The notes below the pieces were generated by a model, which was not told the DNA's origin, did no database searches, and saw only the letters and a program-made list of their open reading frames with translations. Of a stretch of 64,000 bases of DNA, positions 1 to 10,314 are shown piece by piece. The DNA lies in NCBI GenBank assembly GCA_963804165.1, contig CAWDPO010000017.1, forward strand, positions 64,001 through 128,000, written 5' to 3'. Position numbers and translations under genes: made by a program. The DNA is from an uncultured delta proteobacterium (GTDB lineage Bacteria > Desulfobacterota > Binatia > UBA9968). Within the stretch, counting starts at the first letter, position 1. Each line of letters opens with the position of its first letter.

Positions 1-125
1 ACCGGCTCGGCAGTACAGCCCTAGGGGATGTAGTTGATTTAGTTGATCAGTTTTAGAAAGCGAAAATCACAACCAGAAAATCAACGACCTACACCCACCA
101 CAACCGCGTGAACGATCTCTGGGCA

Positions 126-475
126 GTATAGGAAATTTAACTCCCCTGGTTTTTCTGACCGGAGATATATCGCTCAACCGGCGAGCGTTTCGATCATCGG
201 AGAGCGAACTGAAATTCGCGGTTTTGCTTCGGTGGGCTCGGACAACGCAGAGGTCGGATCGCCGGCAAGTGTTACAATCTCACCGCTTGCTCGCACTGAG
301 AGCGAGCGTTTCCATCGGCTTGGGTCGCTCAGCGGTTTGGGCTTCACCGATTGTCTGGAATAGATCGACTCGGCGAGCTGGGGCACGGGGCGGGGCGCGG
401 GTAGGTAGGCCGAGATGGCTGAGGATTTTGACAATCACCGGCGGATATTCGATCGCGGCAATGATCTTCAAAGCG
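126..475 (-). mobile_element. IS91/ISCR-family remnant: transposase C-terminus plus oriIS end (copy 1)
   Basis: Minus strand encodes ALKIIAAIEYPPVIVKILSHLGLPTRAPPRAPARR, an IS91/ISCR transposase tail, followed by about 215 bp ending GGGGAGTTAAATTTCCTATAC. Aligns with 17433-17775. Confidence 0.85.
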
Positions 476-565
476 CAAAAACACAAAAAGTAATTGAACT
501 TGTGATTGAATCTGCGTGTGCTTATCGTTGAAATTTGCTGGACGTGCGAAAACTTCTCAGAAAAC

Positions 566-677
566 TCACCACGGAGGTCACAGAGAACACAGAGGAAAAG
601 ACCGAGAGAAAGACTATTTTTAAAAAAATAGGAACCTCTCTCTCCCCCCTCTGTGAACTCTGTGCGCTCTGTGGTGA
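566..677. repeat. REP-like inverted repeat (CACAGAG…CTCTGTG type)
   Basis: TCACCACGGAGGTCACAGAGAACACAGAG … CTCTGTGAACTCTGTGCGCTCTGTGGTGA form two complementary arms. Confidence 0.7.
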
Positions 678-708
678 ATGATCCGAATTCTTTTGCTGCC
701 GCGCTGCA

Positions 709-1747
709 TCAGGTAGGACGAAAAAGGCACACGCATTTGCTCGAGTTGAAGATGTAGCACTCTGCCCAAGCCAGGATTTCGGCCTTGCGGTCATCCATGG
801 CACCCGCCAAGCAAATCCAATTTAAGAACTCATGTTGACCGGCGTCTCGGATCAACACTGGGTCCAAGCCCCGCCACTTCCGGTGCTCACCGCTTTTCAG
901 TTCCGCAAGTCGCTGGCGGTCTGTTTCTACGTCCGGCCATAGATAATAGTTCTTCGTTGTGAGCGACGCATGGGACCAGCTGGATGAACCGATCACAACC
1001 GCGCGCCAGGGGCTTTGTTTGATAATTTCCGCCACCGCCTTACCAAGATCATAGCAACGCCAGGGTGGTGGCGACGGAGGTGGCGGCTCAGAAACGTTTT
1101 CTAAAAGCCGACCGATCATCTTCGTGACTGGATACTGTATCATTGGGGACACGCAGATCTCTCCCATAACAATTTACCGTCAGCGGAATAATTGGGTAGT
1201 CAAAGCCTCTCTTGTCCAGGTCCAAGTACTGCATCGTTGTCGTAAAGGCATGCCCGTATTTCTCTTGATTGCGCAAACTCCAGCAGCAGGCCACGTCGAA
1301 TCCCTTTGTCACCAACCCCTGGACCAAATAATTACCAATCTGCTTGCTTCCCTTGATGTTCGCACGCTCGTCTTTAGAGTCAGGCGAATCTTTTACTGGA
1401 ATGTTATCGATAGCGAAGACGGCGAAGGGTGGAATACAGTCTTCTTTGAAAACCTCATACTGGTCGTCACCAAAAATGAGAACAAAATCTGGCTTGAATT
1501 CGTCGATGCACTCACGGGCCTTTCGATAGGCCGGCTGTAGTATTCGTTGGTACTCTGCGGCGAAGGCCATCCCTTCATCGCCGCCCCACTCCTCCTGCAT
1601 CTTTTTCGGCCAGTTCTTTGGGTCCTTCATATGAGCCGGCGTAAGTTCGCTTTGCAAATTGCGGCGCAAGTAAATATCCGTTAGACGCTGCAGCGGCCCC
1701 GAAATTCCCGGCCCGTGACTACAACCAATACCAAGAATCTCTCCCAT
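709..1747 (-). pseudogene. LigB-type extradiol ring-cleavage dioxygenase, one frameshift near 1140
   Basis: MGEILGIGCSHGP start, FGDDQYE, HAF, SSSWSH and GQHE motifs split across ORFs 1088..1822 and 709..1167. Removing one base rejoins them, so this may be a sequencing error. Confidence 0.8.
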
Positions 1748-1803
1748 AACATCCTCCCGGTTCGGACTGAACGATGAACCAAAATCTGGTCCGCGAAACC
1801 CTT

Positions 1804-2964
1804 CTAGGGCTCTCCGAAGCATTTCGTCGCGTTGTCCCAGAGCATTTTTCGCATGACCTCATCGCCCAGAGATTTCCACGCCAGTACCACGTCGGTGGAC
1901 CCCGGAAAGCGGGATTCGGGGTGAGGGTAATCGGACGAATACATTAACAAGCCGTCGCCGAGATAGTCGCTGACCATTTTGGCCATCTTCTCGCCTTCAT
2001 GGATCACCAGGCTGGCGAAAAAGCGCCCGCTGGTGATGTACTCGCTGGGTTTGTGAGCCAGATTCTCCGGCAGTGCGTAAGAGATGTAGTCGCTTTGGTC
2101 GTCCAACCGCGCTGCCCAAAACGGCAGCCAGCCAAAGCCGGACTCGAGGATGCAGTAGCGAATATTCGGGTATCGCTCCATGATACCGGCGCCGAAAAAT
2201 GCCGCCATCGCTCGCATCGCAGCCCACGGATGCGAGGCACTCCGGCCGAGGAACGGGTTGTCCCAGAGGTCGCGGTAGCCAGGGAAACCCTCGGTAAAAC
2301 TGTGATGCGCGACACAGAGCCCGGCTTCGTTCGCCACGGCCCAGATCGGCTCCAGATCTGGGTGATCGATGGGAAAGCCTTCATCCAAGTGCGGATAGAT
2401 CCCCGCAACCCATGCCGCGCGCGCCCAGGTTTTGATTTCTTCCACGGATACGTCAACCGCTTTATTGCTCACCACGACGAGAGATTTGAGCCGATGGGGA
2501 TATTTACTGCAAAAGTCGTTCGTAAAGCGGTGACCCGCGCGAATAAATCCAACCTCGATCTCAACGTCATCCGAAGGCGGCGGCGTTGGAGGAAGCATGA
2601 GCTGGACATCGACTCCTTCTTCATCCATGTCGCAAATGCGCGCTTCGAAATTGTCATCGGAAACGCCGGGTGTCGGAAAGCGGCTACCCATAAATTTTGG
2701 GTGATGCCGCTTAACCTCTTCCCTCGGACCCGCTTCGCCTAAAATCCGCAGTTTCTGGCGCCAGCCGGATCTTTTCTTAAACTGATAGCGGTGACGATAG
2801 GGCGGTTCCAAAATCTCGCCGGACCAGCCTACACGAAATGGAACTTTAAAGCTCTCCCACTCTGGCATCCGCTTGCGGATATTGGCATCGAAATAGGGCT
2901 CCAGGGTTTCCACATTTGGAGCGAGGTGCGTATCCGAATCAAAAATCTTAAAACGTTGGCGCAT
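1804..2964 (-). CDS. Amidohydrolase_2 family protein
   Basis: DSDTH metal motif, LESGFGWLP, SSDYPH. Confidence 0.9.
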   Translation of the reverse strand: MRQRFKIFDSDTHLAPNVETLEPYFDANIRKRMPEWESFKVPFRVGWSGEILEPPYRHRYQFKKRSGWRQKLRILGEAGPREEVKRHHPKFMGSRFPTPGVSDDNFEARICDMDEEGVDVQLMLPPTPPPSDDVEIEVGFIRAGHRFTNDFCSKYPHRLKSLVVVSNKAVDVSVEEIKTWARAAWVAGIYPHLDEGFPIDHPDLEPIWAVANEAGLCVAHHSFTEGFPGYRDLWDNPFLGRSASHPWAAMRAMAAFFGAGIMERYPNIRYCILESGFGWLPFWAARLDDQSDYISYALPENLAHKPSEYITSGRFFASLVIHEGEKMAKMVSDYLGDGLLMYSSDYPHPESRFPGSTDVVLAWKSLGDEVMRKMLWDNATKCFGEP

Positions 2965-3182
2965 TTGTGCTTCCTCCTTGCGCGCAAAGCAGCGACTTTA
3001 CGCTATCCATAACACAACCATCGGCCTCGTGAACAACGGCTGTTTAGCGCTAGCACAGATAAAACCGGATACGATTTTCGTTCCGGATGGCTGCGCAACT
3101 CGCATGCAGACCGCGGCGAAACCCGTTCCGAAGAGTCCGGTGCAAGTAGTCAACACCGCGTGGCAGCCTGGTGAGCGCAACG

Positions 3183-3263
3183 TCAAGAGACTTGCGCGAC
3201 ACAGACCGGGAGCCAATAGCGGCGCAGCAATTCGCCTGCAGGTTGTCCAGGTCCGACTCTCAC
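3183..3263 (-). pseudogene. N-terminal remnant of a Rieske aromatic oxygenase alpha subunit
   Basis: Minus frame reads VRVGPGQPAGELLRRYWLPVCVAQ*, matching the RVGPGTP(A/M)GELLRRYWxP start of phthalate-dioxygenase-like Rieske proteins. Confidence 0.65.
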
Positions 3264-3266
3264 CGA

Positions 3267-4139
3267 TCACTGCCAATAAAGTTTTCGATAGGTATCGATG
3301 AGCAGGTCATCCTGGCTGCCGCTCAAAAACTCCAGCAGCGTGCGGTTGAACTCGACGTCCCGCTCGTATTGCGGCCAGTGCCCTGATTTGTCAACTAGCA
3401 CGAAGCGCGAGCCGGGCACGCTCTGGTGCACTTTGAACGCTACCGGCCATGGGCAGGTGGGATTGTGCGTCGTCCAGAAAAACAGAATCGGTGCTTGAAG
3501 CTTGGGGATCTTGTCAATCAAGTGATAGATTTTCCGGTCCCGGGCTTGTAGCACTTCTTGCATCGCGGGGTTGCTGTAAATCTTCAGCCGGATATCGACC
3601 AACTCGTCGGGCAGAACTTTTGGATCGTGAAACAACCATTCCATGCGCTTGCGGATCGTCTCCTTGGTTGGAGTTCCGGTTGCTTCGCGGGTTAGCTCTT
3701 GGAGCTGAGTCAGTCCCGCCGTGTAGCCATGCTCGTTGGACGGAATCCCGCCGACAATGAGGGCCAGCCGATTGACTCGTTCTGGGTGTTCTGACGCGGT
3801 CAGCACGCTGATCTGCCCACCCTGAGATTCGCCAACTAGGTGAGCCTTTTTAACGCCCGCCGCATCCATGAAATCGAGCAAGTGTTTGGAGAAGTTCGGC
3901 AGGTTGTAGGTGATTTTAGGTTTGTCGGTGAAGCCATGGCCGAGGTAGTCAATCGCCAACACGCGGAACTTTTCCGCGAGTGGAATCAAGTTGCGCACCC
4001 ATGTCTCGGCGTGGCCGCCGCTGCCGTGCAGTAGAATCACCGGCTCGCCCTCGCCTTTCTCAAAGCAGCGGGTGCGAACCCCCCCGGCGTTGTAGTAGCG
4101 CTCATACTTTGCGTAGGTTTCTAGTTCCTGTGATGCCAT
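3267..4139 (-). CDS. Alpha/beta hydrolase, MhpC/BphD-like meta-cleavage product hydrolase
   Basis: LLHGSGG, GESQGG nucleophile elbow, C-terminal GHWPQYE. Confidence 0.85.
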   Translation of the reverse strand: MASQELETYAKYERYYNAGGVRTRCFEKGEGEPVILLHGSGGHAETWVRNLIPLAEKFRVLAIDYLGHGFTDKPKITYNLPNFSKHLLDFMDAAGVKKAHLVGESQGGQISVLTASEHPERVNRLALIVGGIPSNEHGYTAGLTQLQELTREATGTPTKETIRKRMEWLFHDPKVLPDELVDIRLKIYSNPAMQEVLQARDRKIYHLIDKIPKLQAPILFFWTTHNPTCPWPVAFKVHQSVPGSRFVLVDKSGHWPQYERDVEFNRTLLEFLSGSQDDLLIDTYRKLYWQ

Positions 4140-4292
4140 TTTTTTTCTCCTTTTATTGTCCAGCTTAAAACTAATATTGGTATCTTCTGAGTTACTCCCA
4201 CGCCGCCACTTGGTGCGACATCTGGATTTCTTTACGTTCCGCCGCCGATTGTAAAATCGCCAGGCAAACTTCCAGCGGGAAAAATTACAGGG

Positions 4293-4466
4293 TCAGGCGT
4301 GCATAATTGAAAATTTGGGGTTGGCGAGTTTACTGTACAGTTGCGCATGTCTGACCGCTTCCATGTGGCCAGCGTTTGCCTTGTCGCGCGCTGCAATCAA
4401 GCGATCCGGTCGCAGCAGGCTGCCGACATGGTCCGCCCGTGCGCTCCAAACATCACTTGTCGCCAT
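4293..4466 (-). pseudogene. N-terminal remnant of a MetE-like (methionine synthase II) protein
   Basis: RADHVGSLLRPDRLIAAR motif, after which similarity is lost. Confidence 0.65.
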
Positions 4467-4530
4467 GGATTGCCCCTCAATCACCGGTTGGCCTCATCGT
4501 TGGGGAAAATGTAAGTCAAGCGCTTTCCGG

Positions 4531-5457
4531 TCAGGCCATAATCTGAATCAGCGCATCGATGAAGCCTTCGTCGTCAAGCTCCTTGACCCAATGCATGTCC
4601 CAGAGAGCCAGTGGATTTAGGCGCTGGGCGCCGTATTCCTCGCAAGCGATCTCGTAGGTGGCGGCCAGGGCCTGCAGCGTCGGATACGGTTTGATCTGCA
4701 GCTTCCCAACGATGGCGTCAAAATGTTTCTCCATCTCATGCACATCGCTAATTTTCATCCGCTGCATCGGCTCTCCCGTGACAACTTTCATGGCTTCCTG
4801 CTTGTGATGCTTCATCCAGCAAATCCCATGAATGACCGCCTTCACATAGTTTTTTAATATGGCAGATTTCTCGCGCGCGAACTCGGCGGTGCACGCCTGG
4901 GCGTAATGGCTCACCACCGCAAGTTCGGGCACCGGGAGAAATTTTAAGCCGGCTTGCAAAGGCTCGGCTTGATAGAGCGGGTCCATGAAACAGGCGATGC
5001 ATTCGCCACTGACAACTTTCTTCCACTGTCCCCACCTTCCCACGTCCGCATCCTTGAAGATGGGAACTCCCACTTTGCCCTCTAATCCCATCATCCTCAG
5101 CCAGAGCGTAACAGTATAAGGCCGGCCCGAATCCCTGACCGCCATATTCTTGCCAGTGAATTCGCTCACGTTTTCGACATGCTTGGGCACCATCAAATCC
5201 AAACCACGGAGGATTCGGGGGGCGCAAAAGAAAGTTATTTTCTTCCCTTTGGTCGCTTCGGCGTAAAGAAATTCCACGTGGTCGATCAACACATCGGCTG
5301 AATCGTTGAACAGCGAAGCTTCGAACTCGCCATAATCTTTGATCTTCAAAACCTCAACGTTGATTCCATAATGTTTCGCGCCCATTTCTTTGATGCAGTA
5401 GATGACCGGAGTTCGATCATCGTCGCGATAGGCGACTCTCACAGTGTCCATAGACAT
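4531..5457 (-). CDS. NMT1/TauA-type substrate-binding-fold protein, no evident signal peptide
   Basis: Typical C-terminus (WDMHWVKELDDEGFIDAL). Likely start MSMDTVRVAY. Confidence 0.75.
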   Translation of the reverse strand: MSMDTVRVAYRDDDRTPVIYCIKEMGAKHYGINVEVLKIKDYGEFEASLFNDSADVLIDHVEFLYAEATKGKKITFFCAPRILRGLDLMVPKHVENVSEFTGKNMAVRDSGRPYTVTLWLRMMGLEGKVGVPIFKDADVGRWGQWKKVVSGECIACFMDPLYQAEPLQAGLKFLPVPELAVVSHYAQACTAEFAREKSAILKNYVKAVIHGICWMKHHKQEAMKVVTGEPMQRMKISDVHEMEKHFDAIVGKLQIKPYPTLQALAATYEIACEEYGAQRLNPLALWDMHWVKELDDEGFIDALIQIMA

Positions 5458-5624
5458 CAAACCTTCCTGCTGCTCGAGCGAAATGCTTGCGGCGACCAAA
5501 AGCTTCCTGCGGCTCGACAAAATTGTTTTCGATGCAAGGTCAACTTGACACCGATGAACCTAGCACGCTTTCGCAATTCCGAAAACGTGGGAACGAGCGG
5601 CGTCCGCAGAAATGTTTGCATTCA

Positions 5625-5702
5625 ATCGCTGCGCCGTCGCGCAGGGCGCAGAGCTTTGATGGCGATTTGCGGATGGACAGGGCCGCCCACGCCGCAGTCG
5701 GT
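5625..5702 (-). pseudogene. Diverged copy of the 3' end of the MetE-like gene at 22500..23705
   Basis: Aligns by eye at roughly 80% with 22525-22604 (TDCGxGGxVHPQIA…LRDGAAI). Confidence 0.75.
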
Positions 5703-5779
5703 CGGGCAATGGTGGCGAGTCGTCGATGACGGTGTTTGTTCAGCAGTCGTCTTCGGTTCTTGCTCTCAACGATTAAGAC

Positions 5780-7057
5780 TCAGGGGTTCTTCCAGGTGTC
5801 CCACGTCCGGAGGATCTGTCCGGCGATCTTGTCTGGGTCCGCGCCGGGGATCGGTTCGAACTTCTGCAGCCGGCCGGCGAAGCAATCTGCCAGGTACAAA
5901 TTGCCGAGTTGATCGGTGGTGATCCCGTGTGAACAGTTGAGCCGGCCAGCTTGGGGACCGGGAGCGCCCCAGGCGTACAGGAAGTTTCCGTTCAGATCGA
6001 ATTTGAGGATCCGACTCGTGGGCGCATCGCCGACCCAGATGAATCCCTTGTCGTCGATGAAGTGATTCACCATGAGGGTGGGCTGATTGGCAGGCCAGTG
6101 CGGTGATTTGAGCGGCCACATATCGAGGAACTTTCCGTTCTCGTCGAAGACCTGCATCCGTGCGTGTCCGCGGTCGATGACGAAGAGCCGGCGGTCCGCG
6201 CTGATCGCGATGCTGTGGACGGTATTCCACTCGTTCGGTCCCGGGTTCTTGGGATCCTTGGGCGGCCCGCCCCAGTCCATGATGAAGTTGTCATTCGCGT
6301 CGTACTTGACGACGCGTGTGCCGCCGTAGCCATCGGTGATGAAGTAGGTTCCGTCGGGCAGCCACGCAATGTCGGTCGGCCGGTCAAAGGTGTTCGGCCC
6401 ACGACCGCGCACGCCGAGCTGCCCTTTGCTGTGCACCAGTTTACCGTCCTGCGTAAAGCGGTAAATCATGTGGAGCTGGTCGTCGATGATCCAGACGTGC
6501 TTCTGTTTATCGTAGGGGCTGATCTTGATCTGGTGCGGCCCGCGACCGCAGGGAAACTTCGAGAACAGCTCATCGAGGTGCGGCCACTCGCCGACGAGGT
6601 TGCCCTGGCGATCGAGCACGATGATCGAGTGCTGGAACCGGCGCTCCCATCCGCGCTTTTTATCAGCCTGGCAGGTGGCCGTTAAGCCGTCCGAGTTTCC
6701 GCTAGCGTTGCCGCGCGACGGATTGAGCGCCGCGTAGGGTGTCCAAGGAGCGGCGTCCTTCGGCAACGGCAGCTCGCCGCGCATGGCGACCCAGATTCGG
6801 TCGGGGGTTTCTGCGTAGACGCCGCCAAAGGATCCCCAGGTCCAACCGTCGTGCGAGTGACGCGTGTCCGGCAACGGCTTGGGCCATCCTTCGACGACCC
6901 TGTAGTGACCCGTAGGCCAGTCCTGGTGGCTCCATCGACCCGACCGCGTAGCGCCAGTGCTACACGCCACCGCGCCGATCGACAACAGCGCGCAGCCAAC
7001 GATCAGCCGCGCGAAAGAATGGTTGCGAGACATGAAGCCTCCAGGGGAATTACTCAT
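5780..7057 (-). CDS. NHL-repeat beta-propeller lipoprotein (peptidyl-alpha-hydroxyglycine lyase-like)
   Basis: Lipobox-like AVAC; repeats FDRPTDIAW, TVHSIAI, CSHGITTD. Start may be 7033. Confidence 0.8.
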   Translation of the reverse strand: MSNSPGGFMSRNHSFARLIVGCALLSIGAVACSTGATRSGRWSHQDWPTGHYRVVEGWPKPLPDTRHSHDGWTWGSFGGVYAETPDRIWVAMRGELPLPKDAAPWTPYAALNPSRGNASGNSDGLTATCQADKKRGWERRFQHSIIVLDRQGNLVGEWPHLDELFSKFPCGRGPHQIKISPYDKQKHVWIIDDQLHMIYRFTQDGKLVHSKGQLGVRGRGPNTFDRPTDIAWLPDGTYFITDGYGGTRVVKYDANDNFIMDWGGPPKDPKNPGPNEWNTVHSIAISADRRLFVIDRGHARMQVFDENGKFLDMWPLKSPHWPANQPTLMVNHFIDDKGFIWVGDAPTSRILKFDLNGNFLYAWGAPGPQAGRLNCSHGITTDQLGNLYLADCFAGRLQKFEPIPGADPDKIAGQILRTWDTWKNP

Positions 7058-7091
7058 CGCTTTTCATCAACGAGTAGGATTCCTCAATAAG

Positions 7092-7210
7092 GTAGAGGAA
7101 AATTCAAGCAAGTTTTTTTCCGGCCCGAGCAATACCGCACGACCGGGAAAGTTGTCAATCACCTTCTGTCTGCGGAAGCTTCGGCCGGCATGGGCACCGC
7201 AGCAGTCGGA
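7092..7210 (-). mobile_element. Degenerate IS91/ISCR oriIS end (copy 2)
   Basis: GTAGAGGAAAATTCAAGC…TTTTTTCCGGCCCGAGCAATA…GACCGG…AGTTGTCAAT…GCTTCGGCCGGCATGGGC aligns with 17433-17555. Ends 35 bp upstream of the NHL gene. Confidence 0.7.
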
Positions 7211-7286
7211 GCGAGAAGGCTAACAAATCGTTACCGATGAACTCGAGCTTGTTGACCGGCGTCTGGGATTACGTTTCAATTCAGCG

Positions 7287-8303
7287 ATGAAGAAAAAGAT
7301 TGCGCTGGTTTTGATCCTGATATTCGGCGCTGGGTTGAACGGCTTGGCCCAAACGAGCTCTACACCCAGCGCGCCGACCGCGGGTATCGTCGCCGCCACG
7401 AAAAAATTCCTCGCCACGCTTGATGATGCCCAGCGTGGCAAGGTCGTCTTTGACTTCAAAGACGAGGCGCAGCGCAAGCGCTGGTCGAATCTTCCGACAG
7501 CAATCTTCAAACGCCAGGGTTTGCGCATGGGCGACCTCACAAAACCGCAGCGCGAGGCCGCGCTGGCCGTCCTGGCAGCGGCGTTCAGTCCGCAGGGGTA
7601 CGAGAAGGTTCTGCAGATCGTCGAGGCCGACGAGGTGTTGAGAAAATCGAGCGGCCAGTCGATGTTCGGGCGCGATGAATATTACGTTTCATTCCTCGGC
7701 CAGCCTTCCACCACCGAGCCGTGGATGATTCAGTTCGGCGGGCACCATCTCGGCCTCAACCTCACGCTTGCCGGCGAGCAACGCACGCTCGCCCCTAGCC
7801 ACACCGGCGCGCAGCCAGCGATTTATGAACTCGAAGGCAAGACCGTGCGCCCCCTGGGTCGCGAGACCGACAAGGCTTTTGCCCTGCTTAGTTCGCTGAA
7901 CGAAGCGCAGCGCAAGCAGGCCATCCTCGACTTTCAGATGCGCGACCTTGTACTCGGGCCCGGCCGCGACGGGCAGACGATTCAGCCGGAAGGAATCAAA
8001 GGCTCGGCCTTGACCGAGAAGCAGCGCGAGATACTGCTGGATCTCGCCAGCGAATGGACCGGCATCCTGCACGAAGCCGTCGCGAAAGCGAGAATGGACG
8101 AGATGAAAAAGAATATCGCCGAAACCTGGTTCGCGTGGAGCGGTCCGACTGAAAGGGGCAGCGCCGCTTACTTCCGCATCCAAGGGCCGACGGTCATCAT
8201 CGAATACGCCCCGCAGCGCCTGGGCGGCGACGCGACAAAGCACATCCACACGATTTACCGCGATCCCACGAACGATTACGGAATGAAATGGTGGAAGCGG
8301 TGA
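7287..8303 (+). CDS. DUF3500 domain secreted protein
   Basis: Signal peptide; RWSNLP, QFGGHHL, YFRIQGP and HIHTIYRDPTNDYG motifs. Confidence 0.85.
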   Translation: MKKKIALVLILIFGAGLNGLAQTSSTPSAPTAGIVAATKKFLATLDDAQRGKVVFDFKDEAQRKRWSNLPTAIFKRQGLRMGDLTKPQREAALAVLAAAFSPQGYEKVLQIVEADEVLRKSSGQSMFGRDEYYVSFLGQPSTTEPWMIQFGGHHLGLNLTLAGEQRTLAPSHTGAQPAIYELEGKTVRPLGRETDKAFALLSSLNEAQRKQAILDFQMRDLVLGPGRDGQTIQPEGIKGSALTEKQREILLDLASEWTGILHEAVAKARMDEMKKNIAETWFAWSGPTERGSAAYFRIQGPTVIIEYAPQRLGGDATKHIHTIYRDPTNDYGMKWWKR

Positions 8304-8884
8304 CCAGGGCACTCTGTTGCCTGACGCTGCTGCTCGCGTTATTTGCGTTTCCGTCTGCCGTTTTCGCGCATCGGGACGACCATTATCTGCAAGCGACGCT
8401 TGTGGCCATCGAACCGAGTGGCGTCCGGCTGCAAATCAACCTTACGCCGGGCGTGACTGTCGCCGAACAGGTGATCGCCAAGATCGATCGCGACCGCGAC
8501 GGCGCGATTTCCAAGAACGAAGCGGCAGCTTATGCCAAGTTGCTGAAGCGCGATCTCACGCTCCGCGTAGACGGGCGAAAGTTAGAATTGAAACTGACCG
8601 CGTCTGAATTCGTCCCGCCTGCAGAGCTCCGCACCGGCTCGGGAACAATTCAGATGGAATTCTCCGCAATCTTCGGCGCGGTCGCGCCCGGTCCCCACAA
8701 GCTCACGATCGAGAACGGGCATTTAACCGCGATCAGCGTGTATCTCATCAACGCTGCTCAGCCCAGGTTTGCCACGGTCCAGATCACCAGGCAGAAACGC
8801 AACGAGAACCAGAGCGCTGGCGAAATCGAATTTACTTTTTATCCGTTCCGTCCAAAGGTCGCTGAATCCGGCGCGCGGTCTTGA
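8300..8884 (+). CDS. Secreted hypothetical protein resembling HupE/UreJ-associated N-terminal domain
   Basis: Signal peptide then AHRDDHYLQAT; EF-hand-like DRDRDGAIS; GTGA overlap with the DUF3500 stop. Confidence 0.7.
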   Translation: MTRALCCLTLLLALFAFPSAVFAHRDDHYLQATLVAIEPSGVRLQINLTPGVTVAEQVIAKIDRDRDGAISKNEAAAYAKLLKRDLTLRVDGRKLELKLTASEFVPPAELRTGSGTIQMEFSAIFGAVAPGPHKLTIENGHLTAISVYLINAAQPRFATVQITRQKRNENQSAGEIEFTFYPFRPKVAESGARS

Positions 8885-9112
8885 AATGGATGGGGAGGAA
8901 ACAAGCAGGACAACTTCGGCTTTGCTTCCGACCAGGAGTTTTTAGCAACAGTCCGGAACAGTCAAGCGGCGGTACAACGCCTGATTTGTCAGCGGAGCGC
9001 GAAATAGATAAGGATAGAGGCTGGATTCGATACTCGTCAATATGCGTTTTCAAACGACTCTTGCATGCGCCCTCGGCAGTTTCACTGTTGCCGACGCAGA
9101 CAGCTGCTTGCA

Positions 9113-10264
9113 TCAGAGCGATAGCTTATACAAGTCAATGGCGTTCTGCCGCGTCACTTTACGTTTGGTCTCTTCTGAAATGCCCTCGAATTGTTGATCC
9201 ACGATCTGTTGAGAGTCTGGCCAAGTCGTAGCGCCGTGCGGATAGTCACTTGCCCACAAGAAGCGGTCCGCACCGTAGAGTGGCGTCGTCAAAACTCCGG
9301 CCCGATCGTTCTCGAATGTGAACCAGATGTTCCTGTGAAAGTAATCCGCCGGCGCCAACCTGAGCCCAGCTTTCGGATCATGGTCCTTAAGCTTGGCGAC
9401 CATGTGCGCGACCCAGCCGATGTCCCACTCGGCAGCGACAATTTTTAAGCGGGGGAATCTATCGAAAACTCCCCCATAGATCATCTCCAGGAGAGATGTT
9501 TGAATTTCTCCTTCGCCGCGAATGAAGGTGCGAATTTTCGGATGATGAAATTTTGATTTTTTCCAGGCGCCTGTCGTCGTATGAAGGCAGAGTGGCACAT
9601 CTGCATCTTGGGCAGCGGCCCACAATCGATCAAAATTCGCTTCGCCGTAATTCATTCCGATCGGCGTTGAGGATGCAATCATGAAGCCCTTCGCCGCCTG
9701 CTTCGCATAGTGGGTCAGATCCTCAACGGCGCCCTCGATGTTCAAGATCGAAAGAACGGGGAGGCCAATCAGCCGGTTAGGCGCGACGCTGCAGTATTCC
9801 ATTAACCAGTCGTTGTAAGAATGAACGATGGCTCGAAAAAAAGATTCGTCCTTTAAGCTCAAGCCGTAAACGTGTCGCAGGTGACTTGCGTACAAAATAT
9901 CGACTTCCACTCCATCGCGGTCCATGTCCCTGAGACGGGCATTTGGTTCCCAAGGCCCCGGCCAGTCTTCAAACCGGAAATCCTTGCGGAATTCGGTCGC
10001 TTTTGAAGAAGTGCGGCCGATAACACTGCCTACGCCAAGCCGGCCGATCATCATTCCGAGAAACTCCATCGCACAGGACTCCCGGTTTTTCCCTTCGAGA
10101 CTCGTTTCCCAGTCGCGGATCGATAGGTAAGGACCGTGTTCCTCTTCGCTCGGATTCCACACGATCTCCGGAGCCCGCTCGCCGTACTTCCGGCGCACCC
10201 GCTCCCAAGTGGCAGCGACTTCGTTGACGTGGGAATCCGCAGAGATCAGTTTGTAGTCGGCCAT
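9113..10264 (-). CDS. Amidohydrolase_2 family protein
   Basis: SADSH, DRFPRLKIVAAE, ASDYPH. Confidence 0.9.
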   Translation of the reverse strand: MADYKLISADSHVNEVAATWERVRRKYGERAPEIVWNPSEEEHGPYLSIRDWETSLEGKNRESCAMEFLGMMIGRLGVGSVIGRTSSKATEFRKDFRFEDWPGPWEPNARLRDMDRDGVEVDILYASHLRHVYGLSLKDESFFRAIVHSYNDWLMEYCSVAPNRLIGLPVLSILNIEGAVEDLTHYAKQAAKGFMIASSTPIGMNYGEANFDRLWAAAQDADVPLCLHTTTGAWKKSKFHHPKIRTFIRGEGEIQTSLLEMIYGGVFDRFPRLKIVAAEWDIGWVAHMVAKLKDHDPKAGLRLAPADYFHRNIWFTFENDRAGVLTTPLYGADRFLWASDYPHGATTWPDSQQIVDQQFEGISEETKRKVTRQNAIDLYKLSL

Positions 10265-10314
10265 CGAATCCTCCCGAGTTGATTCATCATCAGCTCCATA
10301 GTTAAAGTATCAAG

